Shown here: positions 1 to 10,602 of the stretch, in pieces
Layout: every line of letters starts with the position of its first letter
Numbering within the stretch: the first letter of the stretch is position 1
Assembly (NCBI GenBank): GCA_965227775.1
Contig: OZ245777.1
Coordinates: 800,001 to 864,000, forward strand
Origin: Phycisphaerales bacterium
GTDB lineage: Bacteria > Planctomycetota > Phycisphaerae > Phycisphaerales > UBA1924
Direction: 5' to 3'
Length of the DNA: 64,000 nucleotides
The notes under the pieces: model-generated
Seen by the model: the letters and a program-made list of their open reading frames with translations, nothing else
Database searches by the model: none
What the model was told of the DNA's origin: nothing
Made by a program: the position numbers and the translations under genes

Positions 1-1768
<1,768 letters not shown>

Positions 1769-2056
1769 ACCAACCTGTCGCCGCGAACGACTCCAGATTG
1801 GCTCAAGCACACCTTCACAATGAACAACCTTGCTTCCACTCCGATCACGCGGGCTTGCACCCTTGCGACCATCGCTTCCGACAGGCTGTCCACAGGCCGG
1901 GTTTTGGACTTGCGTCCGTGCACCCGGCGGCGCTCGCTCGATTCTTCTTGCTACCCGCCAGCCCCACACTCCACAACGCACCACCTCGCGGCTTGCCCGA
2001 AAGCTCCCCGTTTGGCCGTGCCCGTGTGTGCGGGACGACGTTTTGATCCGTGCCGG

Positions 2057-2068
2057 TTGTCAAAGAGC
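2057..2068 (-). promoter_or_regulatory. boxA-like rRNA antitermination element
   Basis: The minus strand reads GCTCTTTGACAA (E. coli boxA is TGCTCTTTAACA). It lies in the 23S leader about 80 nt downstream of the promoter. Confidence 0.7.
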
Positions 2069-2146
2069 GTTGGCCATTTCAGGGCATCCGCCCGTGGTGG
2101 CCGATCCGCGTTTGCCTGCATGGCTGGGCCGTGCAGAGCGGTAGAG

Positions 2147-2174
2147 ATGATAACCACCCACAAGCTGTCGTCAA
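2147..2174 (-). promoter_or_regulatory. sigma70-type promoter of the stand-alone 23S rRNA gene
   Basis: Minus strand TTGACG-16 bp-TATCAT. A 16-bp spacer is typical of rrn promoters. AT-rich sequence lies just upstream. Confidence 0.75.
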
Positions 2175-2185
2175 ATTAGGGCATC

Positions 2186-2213
2186 AAAAAACCGGCCAAC
2201 TTTTTGGCCGGTT
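2186..2213 (-). terminator. Intrinsic terminator of the pilM cluster
   Basis: 10-bp inverted repeat AACCGGCCAA/TTGGCCGGTT followed by a T-run on the minus strand, downstream of the stop at 2251. Confidence 0.75.
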
Positions 2214-2250
2214 CGGGTGTGCTTCGGGCCTGTCGGGCTCGCGATCGGCC

Positions 2251-4329
2251 TTAGCCGCCGCCGCCACCCTTGCCGCCGCCGATGGGGGCTCCCGGGTCAG
2301 CGGACGGCTGGCGCCGCTCTTGCCGCTCAAACTCCGGAATGTCGAGCGTTGCCCGCGGCTGGCCCTGGTCCTGGCCGTCCTGGGCACTCTTGCTCAGCAT
2401 CTGGTAGAGCGTGCCCTGGCGGTCGGTGGTGGCCACCTTCCGCATGAGGCCCTGCCCGCCGAGCTGCGAGAAATACGCCACGGCCTGGGTCGAGCGATCG
2501 CCAACACCCTCGGCCTGGGTGGGCTCGAAGGTCACGTCGACGAGGTACACGTCGATGTTGGCGGGCACCTTGTCGGGCACAGGTTCGCCCTGCTCGCCGG
2601 CATCTTGGTCGCCGGCATCGGGCGCACCAGCAGCGCCGATGATCTCGGCTCCACCGCGGCGACCGCCCTGGGGCGGAGGCGCGAACTCGGGATCTTCTTC
2701 GGCCTGGGCCAGCACGGGCAGGCGCAGGTCGTCGGGCAGGTCGGCCTCGCTCGCGACGAGCTCACCCGGACGGAGCGTCAGGGTGCTACGGCGGTAGAAG
2801 CCGTAGTAGAACGTGAACACCTCGACGCTCGCGCTGGGCTCGCTCGGGCCAAGCGCTCCGCCACGGCCGTCGTTCGCGCTTGTAAGGAAGAAGGCCGTTC
2901 GCGGCGCGACGACCACGGCTTCACTCCACGGCGAGGGGTCGCTGAGCAGCACGGGCGAGGCGGCCAGCGGACGCTGGGCCTCAACGAGCACGGGCTCGCG
3001 GCCGAACATCGGGTTGTTTACCACGAGGCGGGTGCGATAGCGATAGGACTTGCCGGGCTCAGCGGTCGCGTCGTGCGCCCACAGGCGTGCGTCGTTGTCC
3101 TCGAGCAAACGCTCGTCCCGGGTTTCATCGGCAAAGCCGGTGACGGCCAGCGGCTGGCCGGTCTCGGGGTCATACCCGAGGTCGCGAACCTGCTGCTTGA
3201 GTGACTCGATGCGCTCGTCGATCTGATCGAGCTGTCGACGGAGCTGCTGCGTTCGCCGACTCTCCTCCGGCTCATCATCAGGATCAGCCCGGCCGGCACC
3301 GCGGCCCGCGCCGCGGCCACGATCATCTCCTTGGTCGCTCTTGGACTCGTCGAACTGCTGCTGGATTGGTTCGCGGCGACGCTGCTCCGACGCGATCTGG
3401 CTCAACAACCGCTGCGCCTGCAGCTGCTTGTCGGCCCCGCCCTGGGCGGCCAGCTCGGCGCGGAACACAGTCGGGGGCTTCCACTCCGGGCCGGCGATGG
3501 TGCGAAGCGGCAAGGGGCGGCGATAGGTGGGTGCCGCCTCGAACGCGAGGCGCGCGTCCGACGCCAGGGCATCGCGGCCGAGTTCGTCGGTCGCGGCTTC
3601 TTCCTGCAGCGTTACGTAGAGCGGCTGCTCGCCGGGCAGGCCGTCGATGATGGTGGTCTCGCCCCATGAACCGTCGGACATCTGCACCTGGCGCTCGAGC
3701 TGGAGGCCGAAAGCCTCAATGTTGCGACGCCAGTTGATCGGGATCGGGCGCAGGTCGCCCTGACCGCTGGCGCGGAACATGTCGTCCAGGGCCGTGCCGT
3801 CGTAGGTCACCTCGACGCTGACGGTCGCGATATCGAACGGCTGGGCCGGGCCGACGATCGAGGCGAGTTCCTCGTTCTCGGCGACCAGGCTCGGGTCGAG
3901 CGTGCCGGCGTACGACGCGACGACGGGCTGGCTGGGCGCGGGCGGCGTTACCACCGCGTATTCCACGTCCTGGGCCTGGCCCTTGAAGAGTTCCTCGTCG
4001 ATCTCGGCCGGGGCGCCCATCGCCATGACACGCGACCGCGGCGACACCGCGCCCATGACGCGGTCATCGATGCCGTCGAGCATCCTCGTGCGCTCTCCGA
4101 TCGGGGGCGGGTCGATCGTGGTTGAGCTCATCTGCGCGTCGACCTCTTGTGCGCGGCGCTCGACGGGGTCGTACGCCCGTGAGGGCGGCAGCTCCTGGTT
4201 GCGCACGTTCACCATGTTTGGAGAACCGGCGAACTGCAGCACCACTATGCCCGCCGCTACGGCCACCATGAGCCCCAGCAACAACTTCTCGATATGGGCT
4301 TCAAAGAAGCCAACACCCTTGAGCTTCAT
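2251..4329 (-). CDS. Membrane-anchored periplasmic hypothetical protein, third gene of the pilM cluster
   Basis: 692-aa ORF with an N-terminal TM helix, a coiled-coil segment and an FN3-like 'PGKSYRYRTRLVV' stretch. Co-directional with pilM. Confidence 0.75.
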   Translation of the reverse strand: MKLKGVGFFEAHIEKLLLGLMVAVAAGIVVLQFAGSPNMVNVRNQELPPSRAYDPVERRAQEVDAQMSSTTIDPPPIGERTRMLDGIDDRVMGAVSPRSRVMAMGAPAEIDEELFKGQAQDVEYAVVTPPAPSQPVVASYAGTLDPSLVAENEELASIVGPAQPFDIATVSVEVTYDGTALDDMFRASGQGDLRPIPINWRRNIEAFGLQLERQVQMSDGSWGETTIIDGLPGEQPLYVTLQEEAATDELGRDALASDARLAFEAAPTYRRPLPLRTIAGPEWKPPTVFRAELAAQGGADKQLQAQRLLSQIASEQRRREPIQQQFDESKSDQGDDRGRGAGRGAGRADPDDEPEESRRTQQLRRQLDQIDERIESLKQQVRDLGYDPETGQPLAVTGFADETRDERLLEDNDARLWAHDATAEPGKSYRYRTRLVVNNPMFGREPVLVEAQRPLAASPVLLSDPSPWSEAVVVAPRTAFFLTSANDGRGGALGPSEPSASVEVFTFYYGFYRRSTLTLRPGELVASEADLPDDLRLPVLAQAEEDPEFAPPPQGGRRGGAEIIGAAGAPDAGDQDAGEQGEPVPDKVPANIDVYLVDVTFEPTQAEGVGDRSTQAVAYFSQLGGQGLMRKVATTDRQGTLYQMLSKSAQDGQDQGQPRATLDIPEFERQERRQPSADPGAPIGGGKGGGGG

Positions 4330-4352
4330 CGCATGCTCCCTTTCGACGGCCC

Positions 4353-5708
4353 TTAGCCGATGCCCGGATCTTCAAAACCCATGTCTTCTTCCGGCTCGGG
4401 GTGGGGCTCGAGCCCCAGCTCCCGGCGGATGATGTTGGGCATCAGCGGCGCCGTCCACGCACGCAGATAGACCAGTTCCAGTTCGATGTTCAGCTGCACG
4501 ACGTGGTCGGTGCCGTAGTAGTAGCCCCGCTCCAGGTCGGACCACACGTTGACCGGCTCGATGTCGAGGTCGGTGACGGTGATGAGGTTGTATTGCGCCG
4601 CCGCGTCGATGATCTCGGGGATGCGGGCAGAGTCGACCACCAGCGACATGCGCACGCGGCGGATGTCATAGAGCTGGTTCAGCCAGTCGGCTTCGCGGCC
4701 CGAGGACGCCGCGTGGAAGCGCGGCTCGAACACCTGCACGGCGGGATCGGGCCCGGGCTCGATGGGATCATCGAACTGGCCCTGGCTTGCGGTGCGATTC
4801 AGTCGAAGCGGACGCCCCTCGATCTCGAGCACCCGCTTGATGGGCGCCTCAACGATCGGCAACAGGTCACCGTTGCGAGAGTTGGCCGCACCAAGGAAGC
4901 CAAAGAGATCCTCTGCGAGCCAGTAATCGAGCTGCCAGAGGAAGGTCGTGCCGTGGTTGGGCGTGTTCGACAGCGCCCGCCTCGGGAAGCCCGGCGCTAC
5001 CTGGAAGGGCGAGCCCTCGGGCAGCACGTCGAGCGACATGTAGATCGAGTGCTCCTGCGCCGGCCTTGCGTACAGGCTCACACGCTGGGCCGAGAGCTCC
5101 TGCTCCATAGCCTCGCGCTCATCGGGATCCATATCGGTCGAACCCGACTGCGCCGACTCACGCTCGAACAGGCGCGCTCGCGTGTCGTTGAGCTGATCGA
5201 GCACGCTGACCGGATCGGGCGGCGTCGTCGCGTTCAGCCTGCTCAGCAGCTGCTCGTAGGCCGAGTCGCCATCACCGGGGATCAGCAAGTCCTGCATGCG
5301 AAGGCGCATGAGCTGGGCTTCGGAGCTGTCCTCGGGCTGCTTGGGGAAGAGCCCCTCGACCAGCACGCCGCGGTTCTTGTTGTTGAACTCGATGATCTCG
5401 CTGGTCACCTGCTGCAGACGCTCGTTCTGCTTCTGCTGCTGCTCGCGGAAGAACTCGGTGTAGTCCGGGTGCGGCATGCCGCTGTGGGTCACCGGCTCCA
5501 TGCCCTCGAACGCGGCGGGCAACTCGTAGTTCACCTTCAGGCCGTCAAGACGCTGCATGAGGTTGTTGGCCGCATTCTCCTGTCGCTGCTTGATGCCCGC
5601 GTTCAGGTTTCCGCTGACCACCCACGCGACCGGCAGCGCCACGAGGATGACCACGATGGCCACGATCATGGGCCAGCGCTTCTTGATGAAAGTCATGGCG
5701 TTCTTCAT
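4353..5708 (-). CDS. Membrane-anchored hypothetical protein, possibly PilO-like, of the pilM cluster
   Basis: 451 aa with an N-terminal TM helix. Its start overlaps the pilM stop (ATGA coupling). Confidence 0.7.
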   Translation of the reverse strand: MKNAMTFIKKRWPMIVAIVVILVALPVAWVVSGNLNAGIKQRQENAANNLMQRLDGLKVNYELPAAFEGMEPVTHSGMPHPDYTEFFREQQQKQNERLQQVTSEIIEFNNKNRGVLVEGLFPKQPEDSSEAQLMRLRMQDLLIPGDGDSAYEQLLSRLNATTPPDPVSVLDQLNDTRARLFERESAQSGSTDMDPDEREAMEQELSAQRVSLYARPAQEHSIYMSLDVLPEGSPFQVAPGFPRRALSNTPNHGTTFLWQLDYWLAEDLFGFLGAANSRNGDLLPIVEAPIKRVLEIEGRPLRLNRTASQGQFDDPIEPGPDPAVQVFEPRFHAASSGREADWLNQLYDIRRVRMSLVVDSARIPEIIDAAAQYNLITVTDLDIEPVNVWSDLERGYYYGTDHVVQLNIELELVYLRAWTAPLMPNIIRRELGLEPHPEPEEDMGFEDPGIG

Positions 5709-7732
5709 TGAAGGTCGCCCTCCTGCTCGTCAACGAGCTCGATCACCCAACTCACCTCGAAGAACGAACGCGTCTTGCCCTCGGGCACACTCAGGTCGGG
5801 TCGCGGGATCGGATACATGCTGTTCAGATCGCTCAGCCCAACAGGACCCATGCCCATGTCCTGATCCTGACCCGTAGGAATCGGGGGGCCGCTATCGGAA
5901 CTACCGGTGATGGTCGTCCCGCCGCCCGGACTGCCGCGGTCAGGCCTCGCCTGGCCCGAGCGTCCGCCGCGCGTCGGCCGGCGTGTTTCGCGTTCGCGTT
6001 CGCCAGGTGGCGTGAGCACGCCGCCCTGTTGCTCTTCGGCGCCTTGGGTCGAGCCAAACTGCTGGGTGATGCGCCACGTCGTGCCGGGGAGCACCAGCTT
6101 GTACGGCACGCCGTCGCGCTCCTGGTTCGACCGGAGCCAGCGATCGAGCGAATCAACAATGAAGTCGCCCGCGCGGGGGTGGTCGGTCCAGCCCACGAGC
6201 TTCACCGAGATCTGCGGATTCTCGGGGCTGTCGTCATCGGACGAGTCGCCCGCGTAGGGATCAAGGTTGGGGCTGGCCGTGCCAACGAACTCGGTCTCGA
6301 CGCTCTGGATGTGGACAGCGGGCATGTCGAGGCTCAGGCTCGCATCGCCCTGCGCCACGGTGTTGGCCCGCTCCATCATCAGGCTGATGTCGTTGACTAA
6401 CGACGGATAGATCTCGCGGCCGTCGGCGAGCGCGACGAGATTCGACAGTGTGCGATCGACCACCTGGCTGCCAACGACGCCCGACGCGTCGCTCTTGAGG
6501 CTCTCGCCTCGCGACAGCACCTGCTGGATGACCGGCGGCTGCGGATACGCGTCCACTGCCGCCTGATCCATGAACGGGCGGATGAACATCGCGGCGCCTG
6601 CCACGAGGCCCAGGCCCGCGGCGGCGGCGAACCACGGCGTCTTGCGGCGCCACACGGCCTCGCGCACGACTGCCGCCGGCATCAGGTTCGCCTCGAGGGT
6701 CGCGAACTCGAGCCCCTGCAGCGCCAGTCCGTAGGCGGTCATGAGCTGGCCGGCGTTCTCGCCAAGCGTGGCCTCGTCGGCGCCGTCGAACTTGGCCCGC
6801 TTGAACTCTTCGACGGTGTAAACCGTGAGCTGCACCTGCTGCTGCAGCGCCTTGCGGATGCCCTGCAGCTCGAACGTCGAGCCTAGGCCAATCACGCGCT
6901 GCAGGTCCGAGTCGCTGTGCAGCGACTGGTAGTAGCCGATCGAGCGTTGGATCTCTTGGCCCAAGTCGCTGAAGATGGGCCGCAGCGCCTGCAGCACGTG
7001 GCGGGCGCTCTTGCTCTTGTGCACCTCGCGCTTGATCTTCTCGGCCTTGGGGTAGCTCACGCTGAACTTATCAACGATCTCTTGCGTGAAGTTGTGGCCA
7101 CCAAGCGGGAACGTGCGCACCCACACGCGACCAGCCTCGGCGATGATCAGGTCGGTGGACGTCGTGCCTACGTCAACGATGACCGTCCCGGGCGTGCGCT
7201 CGTCGAACACCAGGTCGTACGCCATCGCGTTGTATGCGGCGATGGGGCTGAGCGTCACGATGTCGGGCACGATGCCGAAGTCGTCGTAGAGCTGCAGCTG
7301 CTGGCGGATACGCTCCTTCGTCGCCGCGAAGATGCCGACCTCGACATCGGGCGAGTCGGGCGAGCGGAACGTCTGGAAGTCCCACTCGACTTCTTCGAGC
7401 GAGAAGGGGATCTGCTGCTCGGCCTCGAAGCGCACGATCTTGGGGATCTGCTTGGGCTCGACCGGCGGCAGCTTCGCGAAGCGCGCGAACGCGGCGTGTC
7501 CCGGCACGCTGACGGCGACGCGCGCCTTGCTCAGGTCGTACTGGTTTACGAATGCGCCCAGCGCCAGTCGGATCGCGTCGTCCTGGTTCAGCTCGGGCGT
7601 CGAGAGCACCCGCTTGTGGGGCATGTTCGCGAACTCGGCCACGCGGACGTTCTCGCCGTCCAGCACGAGCTTGACGGCCTTGATGCCGCCTGCGCCTACT
7701 TCGATGCCCCAGCACGCGTTCGATGTCGCCAT
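5705..7732 (-). CDS. pilM: Type IV pilus assembly protein PilM with fused TM/PilN-like C-terminal part
   Basis: Actin-like ATPase motifs WGIEVGAGGIKAV, VRFEAEQQIPF, VDVGTTSTD, FPLGGHNFT and TAYGLALQG, followed by 'ANLMP' (PilN-like) and a TM helix. Confidence 0.9.
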   Translation of the reverse strand: MATSNACWGIEVGAGGIKAVKLVLDGENVRVAEFANMPHKRVLSTPELNQDDAIRLALGAFVNQYDLSKARVAVSVPGHAAFARFAKLPPVEPKQIPKIVRFEAEQQIPFSLEEVEWDFQTFRSPDSPDVEVGIFAATKERIRQQLQLYDDFGIVPDIVTLSPIAAYNAMAYDLVFDERTPGTVIVDVGTTSTDLIIAEAGRVWVRTFPLGGHNFTQEIVDKFSVSYPKAEKIKREVHKSKSARHVLQALRPIFSDLGQEIQRSIGYYQSLHSDSDLQRVIGLGSTFELQGIRKALQQQVQLTVYTVEEFKRAKFDGADEATLGENAGQLMTAYGLALQGLEFATLEANLMPAAVVREAVWRRKTPWFAAAAGLGLVAGAAMFIRPFMDQAAVDAYPQPPVIQQVLSRGESLKSDASGVVGSQVVDRTLSNLVALADGREIYPSLVNDISLMMERANTVAQGDASLSLDMPAVHIQSVETEFVGTASPNLDPYAGDSSDDDSPENPQISVKLVGWTDHPRAGDFIVDSLDRWLRSNQERDGVPYKLVLPGTTWRITQQFGSTQGAEEQQGGVLTPPGERERETRRPTRGGRSGQARPDRGSPGGGTTITGSSDSGPPIPTGQDQDMGMGPVGLSDLNSMYPIPRPDLSVPEGKTRSFFEVSWVIELVDEQEGDLQ

Positions 7733-7979
7733 GGTTGAAGCCTTCCTTACTTAAGACGTCCGGGCCACCACCAGCCCGAGTACCCCCATCACCACCGCGA
7801 AAGCGGCCAGAGGGGCCGATCGTACACCATCGACGGGCCCGGCAGGCCGAACGGCCCAGCCCATCGCACCGTCCATACGACGATGATTGCAGGCTGTTGC
7901 TCGCCGCCGGCGGCCCGTTACAGCTTGGTGACCAACCCTGAAACCGATAAGCGAGCCAGGCCGCGGGTCGGGAGCGTCC

Positions 7980-9335
7980 CTACTCGCCCGCCGACTCGAT
8001 CACGCCGGCGATCATCGATACCAGCATGTGCCCGTTCTGATCGATGGCGCCCTGGTAGTGCAGCACGCGGGCCTTGCTCGGGGCCGTGATGCCCATGCCC
8101 GCCACGATCGGGCCGGTCGACGACCAGCGCGTAGGGTTCTGCTGCCAAGCCATCGAGGCCACCATCTCCTCGGGCTTGCCCTGGGCCAGCAGGTCGAGCA
8201 TGTCGCGGTCGTGCTGCACGACCTTGTTGCGGGCCTGCTGGGACTCCTGCGAATCGCCCAGCAGCTGCACCTGATCTCCAAACATCGGCCCAACATGGCT
8301 CAGGTCGAAGCTGGTGATCACCAGCGTGGTGCCGCCCAGCTCGCTCAGGGCCGCCTTCACGGCATCGACGAACGGCTGGATGGCAACGCCCTCGCCGTCG
8401 TAGCTCTCGCCGTTGTTGGCCGCCGCGTCGTGCACCAGGGCGGCGAACACCTTGGGGTACTTCCCGGCATCGTCGGTGCCGAACACGTGCTGGATCCAGG
8501 GCATCTGCAGCTCGATGCTGTGCTCGCGCTCGTGGTCGTAGCGATGCTCGAAGAGCTTGTCTCCCAACGAGTTGCGTAGCTTCTCGACGAGCTCGCTATC
8601 CAGCGGGCACTCGCCTAGCGGGCTCTGGAAGCCCTTGTCGCAGCCCGCGACGCCCGACGAGCGGCCGTAGTGGTTCGGGCCCAGGATGATGACGCGGTCC
8701 GGGCGATCGACCACGCGCATGCGGCCGTAGACCTTGGCGAAGACCAGCCCCCCACGGGCGTAGTCGATGGCTGGCACGATGACGCCGGGTGGCAGCGCGT
8801 CGAAGCTGGGGTTCTCGTCATCCTTCAGGGCGTCGTCGATGAGCTGGTCGAGGTGCTCGCGGAGCGCGTCGGGCGACTCCTTGGAGAGTTGCTCCTCGCT
8901 GAGCTCCTCACCCTCGTGCTGCTTCTTGACGAGCGCCTCGGCGTAGTCGGCAGAGTTGGAGGGCGGCAGCACGTCGGTGCTGTCGAAGGTCTGGGTGAAG
9001 TCGCTCCAGACCTCGTCGAACTTCGGGCCGTGCAGCAAGGCGGCGTCATCGAGCTGGGCGACGAGCAGCTCGACGCTGCGACGCTCGAGCCCCTGGCCGA
9101 CCTGATCGACGATCTCATCGATCGTGCGCGAGCCGTCCATTAGCGGGAGGATGTGCTGGGCCGCGGGCGAGGTGAATACGACCTTGCGGCTGATCTGGCG
9201 GGCGTCTGCCACGCCGAGGGCCGGCTTGCCTTGCACCTGGGAGGGAAACCCCTTGATCTGCCGCAGCTTGGGCTTGGCCTGGTGCGGCTGGCTTGGGTCG
9301 AATGCGGGGGGCGTCGGTGCTGCAGGGTCGCTCAT
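7980..9335 (-). CDS. MEMO1-family protein (AmmeMemoRadiSam protein B-like) with N-terminal extension
   Basis: Motifs ILGPNH, HEREHSIELQMPW and DLSHVGPMFGD. ATG at 9335 chosen as start. Confidence 0.85.
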   Translation of the reverse strand: MSDPAAPTPPAFDPSQPHQAKPKLRQIKGFPSQVQGKPALGVADARQISRKVVFTSPAAQHILPLMDGSRTIDEIVDQVGQGLERRSVELLVAQLDDAALLHGPKFDEVWSDFTQTFDSTDVLPPSNSADYAEALVKKQHEGEELSEEQLSKESPDALREHLDQLIDDALKDDENPSFDALPPGVIVPAIDYARGGLVFAKVYGRMRVVDRPDRVIILGPNHYGRSSGVAGCDKGFQSPLGECPLDSELVEKLRNSLGDKLFEHRYDHEREHSIELQMPWIQHVFGTDDAGKYPKVFAALVHDAAANNGESYDGEGVAIQPFVDAVKAALSELGGTTLVITSFDLSHVGPMFGDQVQLLGDSQESQQARNKVVQHDRDMLDLLAQGKPEEMVASMAWQQNPTRWSSTGPIVAGMGITAPSKARVLHYQGAIDQNGHMLVSMIAGVIESAGE

Positions 9336-9503
9336 GCCCCATCGTATCGCCCACCGACTTCGGAACCGAGCCAGATCGGCCTCGACGGCGCGATTGAACG
9401 CAATCGAAACCAACGCTATCATCGAGGCCCATCGGTGGGTGGCCGGTGGGTTTTATGATGGCTCTGTAGCGTCCTCGCTCCGCACACGTTGGGAAGCCGC
9501 GAT

Positions 9504-9827
9504 ATGTCCGACTCGTTCAAGCCTGGCGATTCTGTTTCCTGCACGATCACGGACCTGCCCCGCAGCGAGGCGGGTAGGAAGACCATCGGCCGGCTCATGA
9601 AGCTGGACCCCGAGATCCGGCGTGGCCTGCGCAAGGCACAGACGCGCCGCCGCCAGAACATGAAGGTCTACGTCCGCGGCGGTCGCGACTGGTACGCCCG
9701 CGAGAAGTGCGGCAAGGGCGGTCAGGTCCGCGTGGGCGAGAGCTTCACCATCCCTTACGCCCCGCAGCTCTCCGACGACATCAAGTCCGTCGAGAAGTAC
9801 CTGAAGCTCGAGACCGCCAAGGGCTGA
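9504..9827 (+). CDS. Small basic hypothetical protein (107 aa)
   Basis: ORF with strong GC3 codon bias, rich in Arg and Lys. Divergent from the MEMO1 gene. Confidence 0.8.
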   Translation: MSDSFKPGDSVSCTITDLPRSEAGRKTIGRLMKLDPEIRRGLRKAQTRRRQNMKVYVRGGRDWYAREKCGKGGQVRVGESFTIPYAPQLSDDIKSVEKYLKLETAKG

Positions 9828-9855
9828 TCTCGCGCACGCCCCGTATCATGGGGAC

Positions 9856-10335
9856 ATGAAGAACCTCTTTCGAACCGGCCCGCTCATCGCAGCGGGCCTT
9901 GTCGTGTCGTGCCTGAGCATGCTCGCGTGCGAGCGTGAACAGGACGCAGCCACCGCAACGCCCGACGCCCGCTACACCACGCAGGGGCGCGTGGCGATGA
10001 AGAAGACGCCCGAGAGCCCGGCCAGCGAGTTCCAGATCTTCCACGAGAGCATCCCGAACTTCGTGAACGGCGAGGGCGAGGTCGTGGGCATGAACGCGCA
10101 CCAGATGCCCTTCCCCCGCGTCGCCGAGGGCATCGACATCGACGCGCTCGAAGTCGGCCAACCGGTGCGCTTTACGTTTGATGTGACCTGGAACGATGCC
10201 GGGACGCCCACGTGGATCATCACCGAGCTCGAGACGCTGCCCGAGAGCACAACGTTCGAATTCGAAGCCGAGACGGCGGAGCCCACCGGCACGAGCGGAG
10301 ATGATCCTGTAACGCCCGATAGCTCCGGGGGCTAA
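9856..10335 (+). CDS. CusF-like copper-binding lipoprotein
   Basis: Lipobox (MLAC) and the 'IFHESIPNF...GMNAHQMPF' His/Met pattern of CusF-like OB-fold proteins. Confidence 0.7.
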   Translation: MKNLFRTGPLIAAGLVVSCLSMLACEREQDAATATPDARYTTQGRVAMKKTPESPASEFQIFHESIPNFVNGEGEVVGMNAHQMPFPRVAEGIDIDALEVGQPVRFTFDVTWNDAGTPTWIITELETLPESTTFEFEAETAEPTGTSGDDPVTPDSSGG

Positions 10336-10389
10336 ACACCGCTGAGCACCGGCCTTGCAAAGGCCAGCACCACCGGGCGGCGCAGCCAC

Positions 10390-10500
10390 AAAAAAACCCG
10401 GTGACGAACATCGAGTGCTCAATCACCGGGTCTCGTGGGGGTCTTGTTTCGGTCCGAGTTGCCTCGGACGGGGGCCTATTCGCCTATCGGCTGAGGCCTG
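10390..10500 (-). ncRNA. Candidate small RNA A (hairpins, AAACAAG linker, terminator)
   Basis: Minus strand: nested stem GGCCT..GCC-GATA-GGC..AGGCC, hairpin GTCCGAG-GCAA-CTCGGAC, linker CGAAACAAGACCCCCACG, then a long terminator stem ending in T7. It occupies a non-coding gap. Confidence 0.5.
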
Positions 10501-10564
10501 TTGCAGAGCGAACCAAAAATATCGAGCAACTATTTCCCAGTCGAGCGATCGATTGGTGATTTCA

Positions 10565-10596
10565 GGATGACCCCTATATCAATCGGGGTTTCATCC
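10565..10596 (-). terminator. Imperfect hairpin just after the UDG stop (possible terminator)
   Basis: GGATGA-CCCC...GGGG-TT-TCATCC inverted repeat a few nt downstream of the stop at 10603. Confidence 0.4.
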
Positions 10597-10602
10597 CCCG
10601 GC

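Noticed and set aside
1886..1894. CTGTCCACA DnaA-box-like 9-mer in the 23S leader
   Set aside because: A single degenerate match that cannot be distinguished from chance.
10440..10475. Hairpin followed by CGAAAC, suggestive of a hammerhead ribozyme core
   Set aside because: No CUGANGA precedes the stem on that strand.
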